Below are positions 9,409 to 18,533 of a DNA stretch of 64,000 nucleotides, piece by piece (position 1 is the first letter of the stretch; each line of letters begins with the position of its first letter). The stretch lies in NCBI GenBank assembly GCA_964291495.2, contig OZ219871.1:1088001-1152000 (forward strand), written 5' to 3'. The DNA comes from Dehalococcoidia bacterium. GTDB taxonomy: Bacteria > Chloroflexota > Dehalococcoidia > UBA2979. A program made the position numbers and the translations under genes. The notes below the pieces were generated by a model that had not been told where the DNA came from, did no database searches, and saw only the letters and a list, made by a program, of their open reading frames with translations.

Positions 9409-12171
9409 CTAGCTGATCTCCGCCAGCGACTCCTCAAGGCCTTGGAGGCGCGAGGAGGCGGTCGCGAGGCGCTCCTCCTCGCGGGCGACGACGGCGGCGG
9501 GGGCGCGCGTGCGGAACTGCTCGTTCGCGAGCTTCGCGCCGAGCTTCCGCACCTCGTCCTGCGCCTCGCCGATCTGCTTGCCCAGCCGCGCGCGCTCCGC
9601 CTCGAGGTCGAAGAGGCCCGCCATCGGCAGCACGACGCGGCCGACCGGCAGCACGGCGGTCACGACGCCCTCGGACGGCGCGTCCGAGGAGCCCGCCACG
9701 ACGTGCAGCGGGCGCGCCCGCGCGAGCTGCCCGATCGCCGCCGCGAGGTCGCCCGCCGCCTCCGCCGCGCCGTCGGCGACGACGTAGGCCTCGACCCAGC
9801 GGCCGGCCTCGACGCGCTTGGCGGCGCGCTCGTTGCGGATGGCGCGCACGAAGTCCTGCACCGCCGCGAGGTCGCGCTCGGCAGCCTCGTCGTGGCGAGC
9901 GGTGTCGGCCACGGGGTAGCGCGCGACGATCAGCTGCGGCGCGCCGTCCGGGTCCGGGCGCGCCTCGGCGAGGCGCTGCCAGATCTCCTCGGTGACGAAG
10001 GGCATGAAGGGGTGCAGCAGCCGCAGCACGCGATCGAGGACGTGCGCCGCGACCGCGAGCGGGACGCCGTCGCCCTCGCGCACGCGCAGCTTCGCCAGCT
10101 CCAGGTACCAGTCGGCGAATTCGTCCCAGAAGAAGTCGCGCGTCTGGCGCAGCGCCTCGGCGAGCTGGTAGGAGCGCAGCAACTCGTCGGCGAGCCCGAC
10201 CGTCCGCTCCAGCCGCGAGAGCACCCAGCGGTCCTCGCGCCGCAGCCGCGGGTCGCCCACCGGCGGCAGCTCGAGGTCGGCGTCCGGCCCCGCGAGCGTG
10301 CGCACGAGGCGCGCGGCGTTCCAGAGCTTGTTCGCGAAGTTGCGGCCCGCCTCGACGCGGTCGTCGGTGATGCGCTGATCGTTGCCGGGGCTGGTGCCGG
10401 AGATCAGCGCGTAGCGCAGCGCGTCCGTGCCGTACTGCTCGATCACGCTCAGCGGGTCGACGACGTTGCCGAAGGACTTGGACATCTTGCGCCCGTCGGG
10501 CGCGCGCACCAGGCCGTGCAGGTAGACCGTCTCGAAGGGGATATCGCCGCCCTCGAAGCCGCGCATGTTGTAGAGCGAGAGCATGATCATGCGCGCGACC
10601 CAGAAGAAGATGATGTCGTAGCCCGTCTCCATCACCTGTGTCGGGTAGAAGCGCGCGAGGTCCTCCGCGTCCTCGTCGGGCCAGCCGAGCGTCGAGTGCG
10701 GCCAGAGGCCAGACGAGAACCAGGTGTCGAGGGTGTCCTCGTCCTGGCGCAGCGGGCCGTCGCAGGTTGGGCAGGCGTCGGGGTCCTCGACGGCGGCGAT
10801 GGTCTCGCTGCAGTCCCCGGAGTCGCAGTACCAGACGGGGATGCGGTGGCCCCACCAGATCTGGCGGCTGATGCACCAGTCGCGGATGTTCTCCATCCAG
10901 TGCAGGTAGGTGCGCTCGAAGCGCTTTGGCACGAAGGCGATGCGCCCGTCGCGCACCGCCGCGATCGCCGGCTCGGCCAGCGGCCCGACGTTCACCCACC
11001 ATTGCTCCGAGACGATCGGTTCCACCACCGCGCCCGAGCGCTGCGAGTGTCCGACCGCGTGCGTGTACGGCTCGATCTTCTCGATCAGCCCCTTCGCCTC
11101 GAGGTCCTCGACGACGCGGTCGCGCGCCTCGAAGCGGTCGAGGCCGGCGTAGCGCCCGGCGTGGTCGTTGAGCGTCCCGTCGGGCGCGAGGATGTTGAGC
11201 GTCTCCAGCCCGTGCCGCTCGCCGATCTCGAAGTCGACCTGGTCGTGGCCGGGCGTGACCTTGAGCGCGCCCGACCCGGCCTCGATCTCGATCGCCTCGT
11301 CGGCGATCACGGGGATCGGGCGGTCCGAGGTCGGCTCGAGGACCATGCGCCCGATCAGGTGCCGCCAGCGATCGTCCTCGGGGTGCACGGCCACGGCGGT
11401 GTCGGCCGGGATCGTCTCCGGCCGCGTGGTCGCGATCACGATGTAGTCCTCGGCGGGCGTGGCGGGCTGCGCCCGCTCCCCCTCACCCCGGGCCTCTCCC
11501 TCCGGGGGAGCGGGGGCCGGATCGCCGTCCTCGCGAACGGCTGGGTAGCGCACGTACCAGAACGCGGACTCGACGTCGCGGTACTCGACCTCGAGGTCGG
11601 AGAGCGCGGTCTGGCCGACGGGGTCCCAGTTGATCATCCGCTCGCCGCGGAAGATCAGGCCGTCCTCGTAGAGGTTCACGAAGGTCTGGCGGACGGCCCG
11701 CTGGCGCGCCTCGTCGAGCGTGAAGGCCTCGCGCTCCCAGTCCGCCGAGGCGCCGAGCCGGCGGTGCTGCTCGGCGATGCGCGCGCGCGAGGCGTTGACG
11801 AAGTCCCAGACGCGATCGAGGAAGGCCTCGCGGCCGATGTCGTGGCGGCTCACGCCCTCCTCGTCGAGCTGCCGCTCGACGAGCGCGTTGACGGCGATCG
11901 CGGCGTGGTCGACGCCGGGCACCCAGACGGTGTCGTCGCCGAGCATGCGGTGCCAGCGGATCAGCGCGTCCTCGACGGCGGCGGTGAGGGCGTGGCCCAT
12001 GTGCAGCTCGCCGGTGAGGTTGGGCGGCGGCATGATCACCGTGAACGGCCGCTCGCCGCCCCGCGGCTTGAAGCAGCCGCCGTCCTCCCAGCCGCGGTAG
12101 ATGCGCTCCTCGACCTCCGAGGGGTCGTAGGCGCTGCGCATCTCCTCGCTGGCGCCGTTCTCGCTCGTCAT
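9409..12171 (-). CDS. valS: Valine--tRNA ligase
   Basis: PPPNLTGELHMGH, ATTRPET, DWCISRQIWWGH, KMSKS, C-terminal coiled-coil arm. Confidence 0.98.
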   Translation of the reverse strand: MTSENGASEEMRSAYDPSEVEERIYRGWEDGGCFKPRGGERPFTVIMPPPNLTGELHMGHALTAAVEDALIRWHRMLGDDTVWVPGVDHAAIAVNALVERQLDEEGVSRHDIGREAFLDRVWDFVNASRARIAEQHRRLGASADWEREAFTLDEARQRAVRQTFVNLYEDGLIFRGERMINWDPVGQTALSDLEVEYRDVESAFWYVRYPAVREDGDPAPAPPEGEARGEGERAQPATPAEDYIVIATTRPETIPADTAVAVHPEDDRWRHLIGRMVLEPTSDRPIPVIADEAIEIEAGSGALKVTPGHDQVDFEIGERHGLETLNILAPDGTLNDHAGRYAGLDRFEARDRVVEDLEAKGLIEKIEPYTHAVGHSQRSGAVVEPIVSEQWWVNVGPLAEPAIAAVRDGRIAFVPKRFERTYLHWMENIRDWCISRQIWWGHRIPVWYCDSGDCSETIAAVEDPDACPTCDGPLRQDEDTLDTWFSSGLWPHSTLGWPDEDAEDLARFYPTQVMETGYDIIFFWVARMIMLSLYNMRGFEGGDIPFETVYLHGLVRAPDGRKMSKSFGNVVDPLSVIEQYGTDALRYALISGTSPGNDQRITDDRVEAGRNFANKLWNAARLVRTLAGPDADLELPPVGDPRLRREDRWVLSRLERTVGLADELLRSYQLAEALRQTRDFFWDEFADWYLELAKLRVREGDGVPLAVAAHVLDRVLRLLHPFMPFVTEEIWQRLAEARPDPDGAPQLIVARYPVADTARHDEAAERDLAAVQDFVRAIRNERAAKRVEAGRWVEAYVVADGAAEAAGDLAAAIGQLARARPLHVVAGSSDAPSEGVVTAVLPVGRVVLPMAGLFDLEAERARLGKQIGEAQDEVRKLGAKLANEQFRTRAPAAVVAREEERLATASSRLQGLEESLAEIS
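11476..11524 (-). repeat. REP-like palindrome inserted in frame in valS
   Basis: CTCCCCCTCACCCCGGGCCTCTCCCTCCGGGGGAGCGGGGGCCGGATCG closely matches the reverse complement of the intergenic REP at 9208-9253. Confidence 0.8.
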
Positions 12172-12210
12172 CGCGCGCTCCTCGGGCAGCCGTCCGGTTC
12201 GCCGGGCAAG

Positions 12211-12231
12211 CAAAACCCCGCCGAAGCGGGG
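12211..12231 (-). terminator. Intrinsic terminator-like hairpin in the valS 5' leader
   Basis: Minus strand CCCCGC-TTCG-GCGGGG-TTTTG, 40 nt upstream of the valS ATG. Confidence 0.7.
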
Positions 12232-12264
12232 CGTGGGCGACCGGCACGGCCCTCGCTGGGCCGG

Positions 12265-12300
12265 CTAGCCGCCGCTGGCTACAGCTACGTTCCCGTTCAC
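12265..12300 (-). CDS. Putative valS leader peptide (uORF, MNGNVAVASGG)
   Basis: GTG AAC GGG AAC GTA GCT GTA GCC AGC GGC GGC TAG; two GTA Val codons; lies between the promoter and the terminator. Confidence 0.55.
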   Translation of the reverse strand: MNGNVAVASGG

Positions 12301-12307
12301 GCCCTCG

Positions 12308-12337
12308 ATGGTAGGCAGCGGTCGGCGGAGGGGTCAA
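12308..12337 (-). promoter_or_regulatory. Candidate sigma70 promoter of valS
   Basis: TTGACC-18 nt-TACCAT, ending 7 nt before the uORF GTG. Confidence 0.6.
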
Positions 12338-12354
12338 CGCACGCCCCGCGGCTA

Positions 12355-12900
12355 TCACTCCCCCAGCCGCCGCCCCACCTCCTCCACCACCCGCGCTACG
12401 TACCGCGCGCGCGTCTCCGCTGTCCGAGCGCGATCGAGGAAGGCAACCATGCCCTCGCGCTGCGCCTCGGTCAGCGACCCGAACGCCTCGAGGCCGCCGG
12501 GGAGGGCTCCGAGGGCGCTCGAGAGGTCAGCGGGGAGGGCAAGCGCGGGTTCGGGCTCGGCGGGCCAGACTTCGAGGTCGACGGTGTCGCCGAGGCCGAT
12601 GCCCGCGGCGGCGCGTACCTCGCCGTTGAGGAAGAGGCGATGGGCGCCGCCGCCGCGCGGGGTGAGGCGCGTGCGGAACGGGTGGCCGTTCGCAAGGCCC
12701 TCGACGCGGGGGTGGCGCGCCGGCGGATCGCCGGCGAGGGCGCGGCTCGCCTCGGCGGGCACGTCGACGCAGTAGTTCGGGCCGACGCGGTAGATCGCGG
12801 CGCTGAAGCGCCGACGTTCGGACGAGGCGCCGTGCGCGGCGGGCTGCGCGGGGGCGGCCGAGCGCCTACTCTCGTCGGAGTGCGAACGGGGGGACGGCAT
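12355..12900 (-). CDS. DUF1905 / YdeI-OmpD-associated family protein
   Basis: VEGLANGHPFRTRL..RGGGAHRLFLNGEVRAAAGIGLGDTV plus LPADL..AFGSLT..R..ARTAETRARY; start uncertain. Confidence 0.75.
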   Translation of the reverse strand: MPSPRSHSDESRRSAAPAQPAAHGASSERRRFSAAIYRVGPNYCVDVPAEASRALAGDPPARHPRVEGLANGHPFRTRLTPRGGGAHRLFLNGEVRAAAGIGLGDTVDLEVWPAEPEPALALPADLSSALGALPGGLEAFGSLTEAQREGMVAFLDRARTAETRARYVARVVEEVGRRLGE

Positions 12901-13420
12901 GGAGCTGCGCGGCCTCGGCTACCCGGCCATCATCTGCAAGGACATGCAGCGGAGCATAGAGTTCTACTCCAAGCTCGGCATGCGCCACCTCTACACCGAG
13001 CCCAACCGCGACGACGCCGAGTCCGTCCAGGCCCTGCTCCACGCCGGCGGCGACGCCTACCTGCTGCTCGTCGGACCGACCCACGAGGGCGTCCGCATCG
13101 CCGAGGCCAGCCTCGGCGTCGGCTCGATGCAGTACCTCACGCTGCAGGTCTCCGCCGCCTTCATGGACCAGGCCTACTTCGAGCTCTCCACCGCCGGCGT
13201 GCGCGGCAGCGAGGAGATCCGGCGAGGCTACGAGCGGCTCGTCTTCCTCGAGGACCCGGACAACGTCCTGATCGCGCTCGTCGCCTGGTCGACCGAGCCT
13301 CCGGCCGGCCTCGACCGCGCCGAGGTGCTCGCGCGCGCCGGTGAGATCAAGGACGCCGAGGGCGCGCCGTTCGTCGAGGACGAGCACATCCAGCAGGCGA
13401 TCGCCGCGCTGAGCGGCTGA
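12899..13420 (+). CDS. VOC/glyoxalase-family protein
   Basis: CKDMQRSIEFYSKLG and VFLEDPDNVLI patterns. Confidence 0.75.
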   Translation: MELRGLGYPAIICKDMQRSIEFYSKLGMRHLYTEPNRDDAESVQALLHAGGDAYLLLVGPTHEGVRIAEASLGVGSMQYLTLQVSAAFMDQAYFELSTAGVRGSEEIRRGYERLVFLEDPDNVLIALVAWSTEPPAGLDRAEVLARAGEIKDAEGAPFVEDEHIQQAIAALSG

Positions 13421-13442
13421 TCGCCGGACGAGGAGCGCGCCG

Positions 13443-14228
13443 ATGCCGTATGCCGAGGTCCGCGACACCCGCACCTGGTACGAGCTGCGCGGCGAGGGCC
13501 CGCCGCTGCTCTTCATCAGCGGCAGCGGCGGCCCGCTCTGGTCGATGCCCGGCACGCTCGACCCGCTGATCGAGCGCTTCCGCGTGCTCGCCTACGACAA
13601 GCGCGGCCTCGGACGCTGCGAGGCGCCCGCGACCGTCTGGGAGATGGCGGACTTCGCCGACGACGCCGCGGCGCTGCTCGACGTCGTCGGCTGGGAGCGC
13701 TGCGACGTGGTTGGCGCCTCGTTCGGCGGGATGATCGCGCAGGAGCTGGCGCTGCGGCACCCGCAGCGCGTCGCGAAGCTGGTGCTGTGCTGTACCTCGC
13801 CCGGCGGCGGGTACGCCTCCTACCCGCTGCACACGCTGCTCGACCTGCCTCCCGCCGAGCGCGCCGCGCGGCGCGTCGCGGTCAACGACCTGCGCCACGA
13901 CGCCGCCTGGCAGGCCGCGCACCCCGAGGAGTACGCCGAGCTCGCGGAGCGCTCGATCGGCGGCTACGCGAGCGAGGATGACGCGGCTCGCCACCGCCGC
14001 CTGCTCGCGGCGCGCTCGCGCCTCGACACGATCGAGCGCCTGCCGCGGATCGCGAGCCCGACGCTGATCGCGGGTGGACGCCACGACGGCATAGCGCCGC
14101 TGCGCAACCAGCAGCTGCTGCACGAGCGCATCCCCGGCTCGCGCCTCGAGCTGTTCGAGGGCGGACACGGCTTCATGCGCGAGGACCCGCGCGCCCTCGA
14201 GGTGATCGCGGACTGGCTTACCGCCTAG
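13443..14228 (+). CDS. Alpha/beta hydrolase
   Basis: YDKRGLG, GASFGG nucleophile elbow, catalytic D and GGHG. Confidence 0.9.
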   Translation: MPYAEVRDTRTWYELRGEGPPLLFISGSGGPLWSMPGTLDPLIERFRVLAYDKRGLGRCEAPATVWEMADFADDAAALLDVVGWERCDVVGASFGGMIAQELALRHPQRVAKLVLCCTSPGGGYASYPLHTLLDLPPAERAARRVAVNDLRHDAAWQAAHPEEYAELAERSIGGYASEDDAARHRRLLAARSRLDTIERLPRIASPTLIAGGRHDGIAPLRNQQLLHERIPGSRLELFEGGHGFMREDPRALEVIADWLTA

Positions 14229-14260
14229 CATCGCGGCAGGCGAGCGAACGGAGGGCCGCG

Positions 14261-15469
14261 ATGCGCATCGCCGAGGCGAAGACCTGGGCCGTCGCCAACC
14301 CCGCGCCGCAGCGCGGCGGGCCGTGCTGGATCTTCCTCAAGCTCACCACCGACGACGGCATCGTTGGTTACGGCGAGGCCTACGGTGTGCCGTTCGGCAC
14401 CAGCAAGGTGCGCGGCCTGATCGAGGATGTCGCCGAGCGGCACGCGATCGGCCGCAGCCCATTCGACATCGAGGCGTTGTGGCGCATCGCCTACTCGAGC
14501 GGCTTCGCGCAGCGGCCGGAGCTGACCATGGGCTCCGTGATCAGCGCGATCGAGATGGCCTGCTGGGACATCGTCGGCAAGGCGCTCGGCCAGCCCGTCT
14601 ACAACCTCCTCGGCGGGCGCGTGCACGAGACGCTGCGCTCCTACACCTACCTCTACCCGGCCGAGTCCAGCGCGGACGGCATGCGCTACGCCGACGCCTT
14701 CGACGACCCCGACGCCGCCCCGGCGCGCACCGCCGCCTACATGGAGCAGGGCTTCACCGCCGTCGGCTTCGACCCGGTGATGCCCTACGGCTCGTTCGAC
14801 CCCCGGCAGATCTCGCTCGCGGCGCTCGACAACATCGAGGAGGTCGTGAGGCGGATGCGCGAGGTGGCCGGGAGCCGCTGCGACCTGCTGATCAAGATGC
14901 ATGGCCAGCTCACGACCGCCGCCGTGATCCGCCTCGCCCGCCGCCTCGAGCCCTACGAGCCGCTCTGGATCGAGGAGCCGGTGCCGCCGGAGAACCCGCG
15001 CGAGATGGCCCGCGTCGCGCGCGCGACCTCGATCCCGATCGCCACCGGCGAGCGCCTCGTCACGCGCCATGAGTTCGTCGACGTGCTGCGCTACGGCAGC
15101 GCCTCGATCCTGCAACCCGCTCCGGCGCGCGTCGGCGGCGTCTTCGAGACGAAGAAGATCGCGGCGATGGCCGAGGCGCACTACGCGCAGCTGGCGCCGC
15201 ACCTCTACGCCGGGCCGATCGAGGCGGCCGCCAACATCCAGCTCGGCGTCTGCTGCCCCAACTTCCTGATCCAGGAGAGCATCGAGAACTTCAGCGGCTT
15301 CGACGCCGAGCTGCTGAAGGAGCCGATCGTCTGGCAGGACGGCTACATCATCCCCTCGGACCGGCCGGGCCTCGGCTACGAGCTGGACGAGGCGGTCGCC
15401 GACGCGCATCCCTACGAGGGCGACGACGTCTTCCCGCACATGGAGGAGACCCCGACGCCGACCGTCTGA
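14261..15469 (+). CDS. Mandelate racemase/muconate lactonizing enzyme family (DgoD-like dehydratase)
   Basis: SAIEMACWDIVGKALGQPVYNLLGG, WIEEP, ATGERL, PGLG. Confidence 0.9.
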   Translation: MRIAEAKTWAVANPAPQRGGPCWIFLKLTTDDGIVGYGEAYGVPFGTSKVRGLIEDVAERHAIGRSPFDIEALWRIAYSSGFAQRPELTMGSVISAIEMACWDIVGKALGQPVYNLLGGRVHETLRSYTYLYPAESSADGMRYADAFDDPDAAPARTAAYMEQGFTAVGFDPVMPYGSFDPRQISLAALDNIEEVVRRMREVAGSRCDLLIKMHGQLTTAAVIRLARRLEPYEPLWIEEPVPPENPREMARVARATSIPIATGERLVTRHEFVDVLRYGSASILQPAPARVGGVFETKKIAAMAEAHYAQLAPHLYAGPIEAAANIQLGVCCPNFLIQESIENFSGFDAELLKEPIVWQDGYIIPSDRPGLGYELDEAVADAHPYEGDDVFPHMEETPTPTV

Positions 15470-15476
15470 GCAGCGC

Positions 15477-15941
15477 CTACGGCTCGGCGGCCCAGCGCGC
15501 GAGCGCCTTGTCCGGCGCCCCGATCTCCTCGAGCGAGGTGTAGTACCAGTCCTCCCAGCCGTCCTCGGGGAGGCCGGTGAAGAGCATCAGGTTGAGCGGG
15601 TAGTGCTCGCTGTCCGTGGCGCGGCGCAGGTCGTCGCGGAAGAGGAACGTGGGCTTGCCGAGGGCGATCGCGATGCCCAGCTCCACCATGACGCCCTCGT
15701 CCGGCGGGACGCCGTTGACCACGGCGAAGATGGCGTCGGCGTCGACCACGTCGCGGACGTCGGCCTGCCCGATCCGGTAGGCCCAGCCCTGCTCCATGAG
15801 GTCCTGCTGGTTGTTGCGCGCGAACGGCTCCCAGACCTCCAGCCCCAGCGCCTCGAGGGCGGCGATGAACGGCGGCAGCAGCGTCGCCTTCTGCTGCGCG
15901 GAGAAGCCGTACGGGTTCGCGAGGTAGATGGTCTTCGTCAC
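15477..15941 (-). CDS. Nucleoside 2-deoxyribosyltransferase family protein
   Basis: IYLANPYGFS, DV..ADAIFAVVNG.PPDEGVMVELGIAIALGKP, NLM. Confidence 0.85.
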   Translation of the reverse strand: MTKTIYLANPYGFSAQQKATLLPPFIAALEALGLEVWEPFARNNQQDLMEQGWAYRIGQADVRDVVDADAIFAVVNGVPPDEGVMVELGIAIALGKPTFLFRDDLRRATDSEHYPLNLMLFTGLPEDGWEDWYYTSLEEIGAPDKALARWAAEP

Positions 15942-15943
15942 GG

Positions 15944-16711
15944 CTACATGGACGAGTAGCCGCCGTCCACGGCGAGCACCGCGCCGGTGACGTAGTCGGA
16001 TGCGGAGCTCGCGAGGAACACCGCAGCTCCGTGCAACTCCTCGGGCTCACCCCAGCGGCCTGTCGGGATGCGGCGGTTGATCAGGTCGTACCGCTCCGGC
16101 TGGATGGTGGCAATCGGGGCGGTCAGCTCGGTCATGAACCAGCCGGGGAGGATCGCGTTCGATTGGATGTTGTCCCCTGCCCAGGCCACGGCCAGGCTCT
16201 TCGACAGTTGCACGATCCCTCCCTTGCTGGAGGAATACGGCGCACCGCTCCCGCCGCCGCCGAAGATCGAGAACATCGATCCGATGTGAATCAGCTTCCC
16301 CCCGCCCTGGGCCTTCATCGACGGATACACCGCCCTGGAGGCCAGGAAGGCCGCCCGCAGGTTGACGTCCAGCACGTGATCCCACTCGTCCGCCGGCAGG
16401 TCCTCGGGCTCCTTGCGCACGGTGACGCCCGCGTTGTTCACGAGGATGTCGACGCGCCCGAAGGCGTCCAGCGTCTGCGTCACCATGCCCTCGATCTCCG
16501 ACTCCTCGGTGACGTCGACGGCGATGCCCAGCGCCTGTGCGCCCGCTGCTTCGATTTGAGCCAGCGCCGCGGCCGTCTTGCCGGGATTGCGGGCCGCCAC
16601 GACGATGTTGGCCCCGGCGGCGGCCAGCCCGGTGGCCATTGCGAGGCCCAGCCCACCGTTACCGCCGGTGACGATCGCGACCTTGCCCTCGAGATCGAAC
16701 AACTGCTTCAT
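15944..16711 (-). CDS. SDR family oxidoreductase (KduD/gluconate 5-dehydrogenase-like)
   Basis: TGGNGGLG, NNAG, YSSSK, VDGG. Confidence 0.92.
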   Translation of the reverse strand: MKQLFDLEGKVAIVTGGNGGLGLAMATGLAAAGANIVVAARNPGKTAAALAQIEAAGAQALGIAVDVTEESEIEGMVTQTLDAFGRVDILVNNAGVTVRKEPEDLPADEWDHVLDVNLRAAFLASRAVYPSMKAQGGGKLIHIGSMFSIFGGGGSGAPYSSSKGGIVQLSKSLAVAWAGDNIQSNAILPGWFMTELTAPIATIQPERYDLINRRIPTGRWGEPEELHGAAVFLASSASDYVTGAVLAVDGGYSSM

Positions 16712-16800
16712 GCGCACCTGCCTGTCTCCCGAGTGGCGACGAGGTCTTATCGCACAGCTGGACGAACGCCCGGCGGCGACGGCCAGAGCGGGGGTGAGGC

Positions 16801-17286
16801 TCAGTCGGCCTCCCAGGGCGCGCGGGTCGGCTTCGGCAGGCGCTCCTCGATCTCGCTGCCCGCGGCGTCAAGCTCCTCGTCCCGCAGCGTGTCCTGCAGC
16901 GTCTCGAAGAAGGTGCGCTCCTCCCAGCGGATGTGGGAGCGCAGCGACTCGCCGAAGAGCATGAGCGCCTCGCGCCGCGCCCTGGGGTTGCCCTCGTTGT
17001 CGCGCATCCAGGCGACGAGCGCCTCCATGCCGACGTGGTCGCGCAGCAGGCGCCGCACCCGCCGGTCGTCCGGCCCCGTGTGCCGCATCAACCGCGCGAG
17101 CAGGCACTCCGATTCGGCGTGGAAGTGCGGAAGCAAGCCGCGCGTCCAGAAGCGCAACAGATCGGCGTACAGCTCGCCGAGCGCGGCGTCGTCCGCCTCC
17201 GGCAACTCGCGCTCGATGCGCAGCGCAAAGGCGAGTCCGTGGTGGTGCTCCTCGGACAGTCGCCGCAGCCGCGAATCGCGCTCCAT
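16801..17286 (-). CDS. Hemerythrin/HHE cation-binding domain protein
   Basis: LSEEHH, HFHAE, DH, HIRWEE motifs. Confidence 0.8.
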   Translation of the reverse strand: MERDSRLRRLSEEHHHGLAFALRIERELPEADDAALGELYADLLRFWTRGLLPHFHAESECLLARLMRHTGPDDRRVRRLLRDHVGMEALVAWMRDNEGNPRARREALMLFGESLRSHIRWEERTFFETLQDTLRDEELDAAGSEIEERLPKPTRAPWEAD

Positions 17287-17295
17287 CGGGTCTCC

Positions 17296-17778
17296 CTACT
17301 CTCGGTCGAGGTCGAAGGCGGCGTGGAGCGCCCGGACGGCTTCCCCCACCTGCGCCTCCCGCACGATACACGTAATCCGGATCTCCGAGGTGGAGATCAG
17401 CTCGATGTTGATGCCGTGCTCGAACAGCGTGCGGAACATCCGCGCGGCGAAGCCCGGACTCGTGCTCATCCCCGTGCCGACGATCGAGACGGATCCGAGG
17501 TCGGCGTCCGCCACCACCTCGCTGGCCTCGAGTTGGGGGAGGATCGATTCGACCACGCGCAGCGCCGGCTCGGCGTCTCCGCGATCGACGGTGAAGGTCA
17601 TGTCCGTGAGGTTCTCCACGCTCGCGTTCTGCACGATCGTATCGACCGAGACGCCGGCCTCGGCGAGCGGGGTGAAGAGCTGCGCCGCGATGCCGGGGCG
17701 GTCCGGCACCCCGCGCACCGTGATCTTCGCGATCGCCTGCTCGTGTGCGATGCCGCGCACCTTGTCGGCCTGCTCCAT
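17296..17778 (-). CDS. lysC: Aspartate kinase regulatory (beta, 2xACT) part
   Basis: MEQADKVRGIAH..GVPDRPGIAA..VSIVGTGM..ISTSEIRI; GAGGAG RBS; out of frame with the kinase part. Confidence 0.9.
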   Translation of the reverse strand: MEQADKVRGIAHEQAIAKITVRGVPDRPGIAAQLFTPLAEAGVSVDTIVQNASVENLTDMTFTVDRGDAEPALRVVESILPQLEASEVVADADLGSVSIVGTGMSTSPGFAARMFRTLFEHGINIELISTSEIRITCIVREAQVGEAVRALHAAFDLDRE

Positions 17779-17795
17779 CGTGCTCTCCTCGTGGA

Positions 17796-18533
17796 TCAGC
17801 GTACCGGCGCGTCGACCTCGAAGCTGCTGGCGACGAGGATACGCACCCCGTAGAGCGCGCCTACCTCGACGGCCCGGGCGTGCATCACGCGCGCGCCCGT
17901 TGCCGCCAGCTCCAGCATCTCCTCGTAGCCGATGTCGCGCAGCGGGCGCGCCTGCGGGCAGATGCGCGGATCGGCCGTGTAGATGCCGGCGACGTCCGTG
18001 TAGATCTCGCAGCGATCGGCGCGCAGCGCCGCCGCCAGCGCCACCGCTGTCGTGTCGCTCCCGCCACGTCCCAGCGTCGTGATGTCGAAGTCGTCCGAGG
18101 CGCCCTGGAACCCGGCCACGATCACGATCCGCCCGGCCGCCAGCTCGCGCTCGATCCGCCCCGTCTCGATGTCCGCGATGCGCGCACGCCCGTAGACGGC
18201 GTCCGTGCGGATGCCGGCCTGCATGCCGCTCAGGCTGATCGCGTCGCGCCCCAGCTCGTGCAGCGCCATCGAGAGCAGCGTCGAGGAGACCGCCTCGCCC
18301 GTGGAGAACAGCATGTCCATCTCGCGCGGGCGCGGGCTGCTCGTAATCTCGTTCGCCAGCGCGATCAGCCGGTCCGTCGTGTCGCCCATCGCGGAGACGA
18401 CGGCGACGACGCGCTCGCCGCCCTCGGCGCGGGCGGCGATGCGGCTCGCGACGTGCGTGATGCGCGACGCGTCGGCGACGGAGCTGCCGCCGTACTTCTG
18501 GACCACCAGCGCGCCCGACGCGTCCGGCGCCAT
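17796..18533 (-). CDS. lysC: Aspartate kinase catalytic part, ended early by a 1-bp frameshift
   Basis: [37 protein letters not shown]; stops at APVR* where PGTLI is expected. Confidence 0.9.
   Translation of the reverse strand: MAPDASGALVVQKYGGSSVADASRITHVASRIAARAEGGERVVAVVSAMGDTTDRLIALANEITSSPRPREMDMLFSTGEAVSSTLLSMALHELGRDAISLSGMQAGIRTDAVYGRARIADIETGRIERELAAGRIVIVAGFQGASDDFDITTLGRGGSDTTAVALAAALRADRCEIYTDVAGIYTADPRICPQARPLRDIGYEEMLELAATGARVMHARAVEVGALYGVRILVASSFEVDAPVR

Noticed and set aside
12180-12340. T-box riboswitch upstream of valS
   Set aside because: No T-box core or stem I motifs seen and the leader is short; uORF plus terminator fits better
9442-13344. 1300-aa plus-strand ORF and other long shadow ORFs (e.g. 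1666-3435, 32345-34342, 52754-54808)
   Set aside because: Antisense or off-frame to well-supported genes; stop-poor frames are expected at this GC content and show no motifs
17796-17815. Programmed ribosomal frameshift in lysC
   Set aside because: No slippery sequence; other 1-bp shifts in the window point to indels
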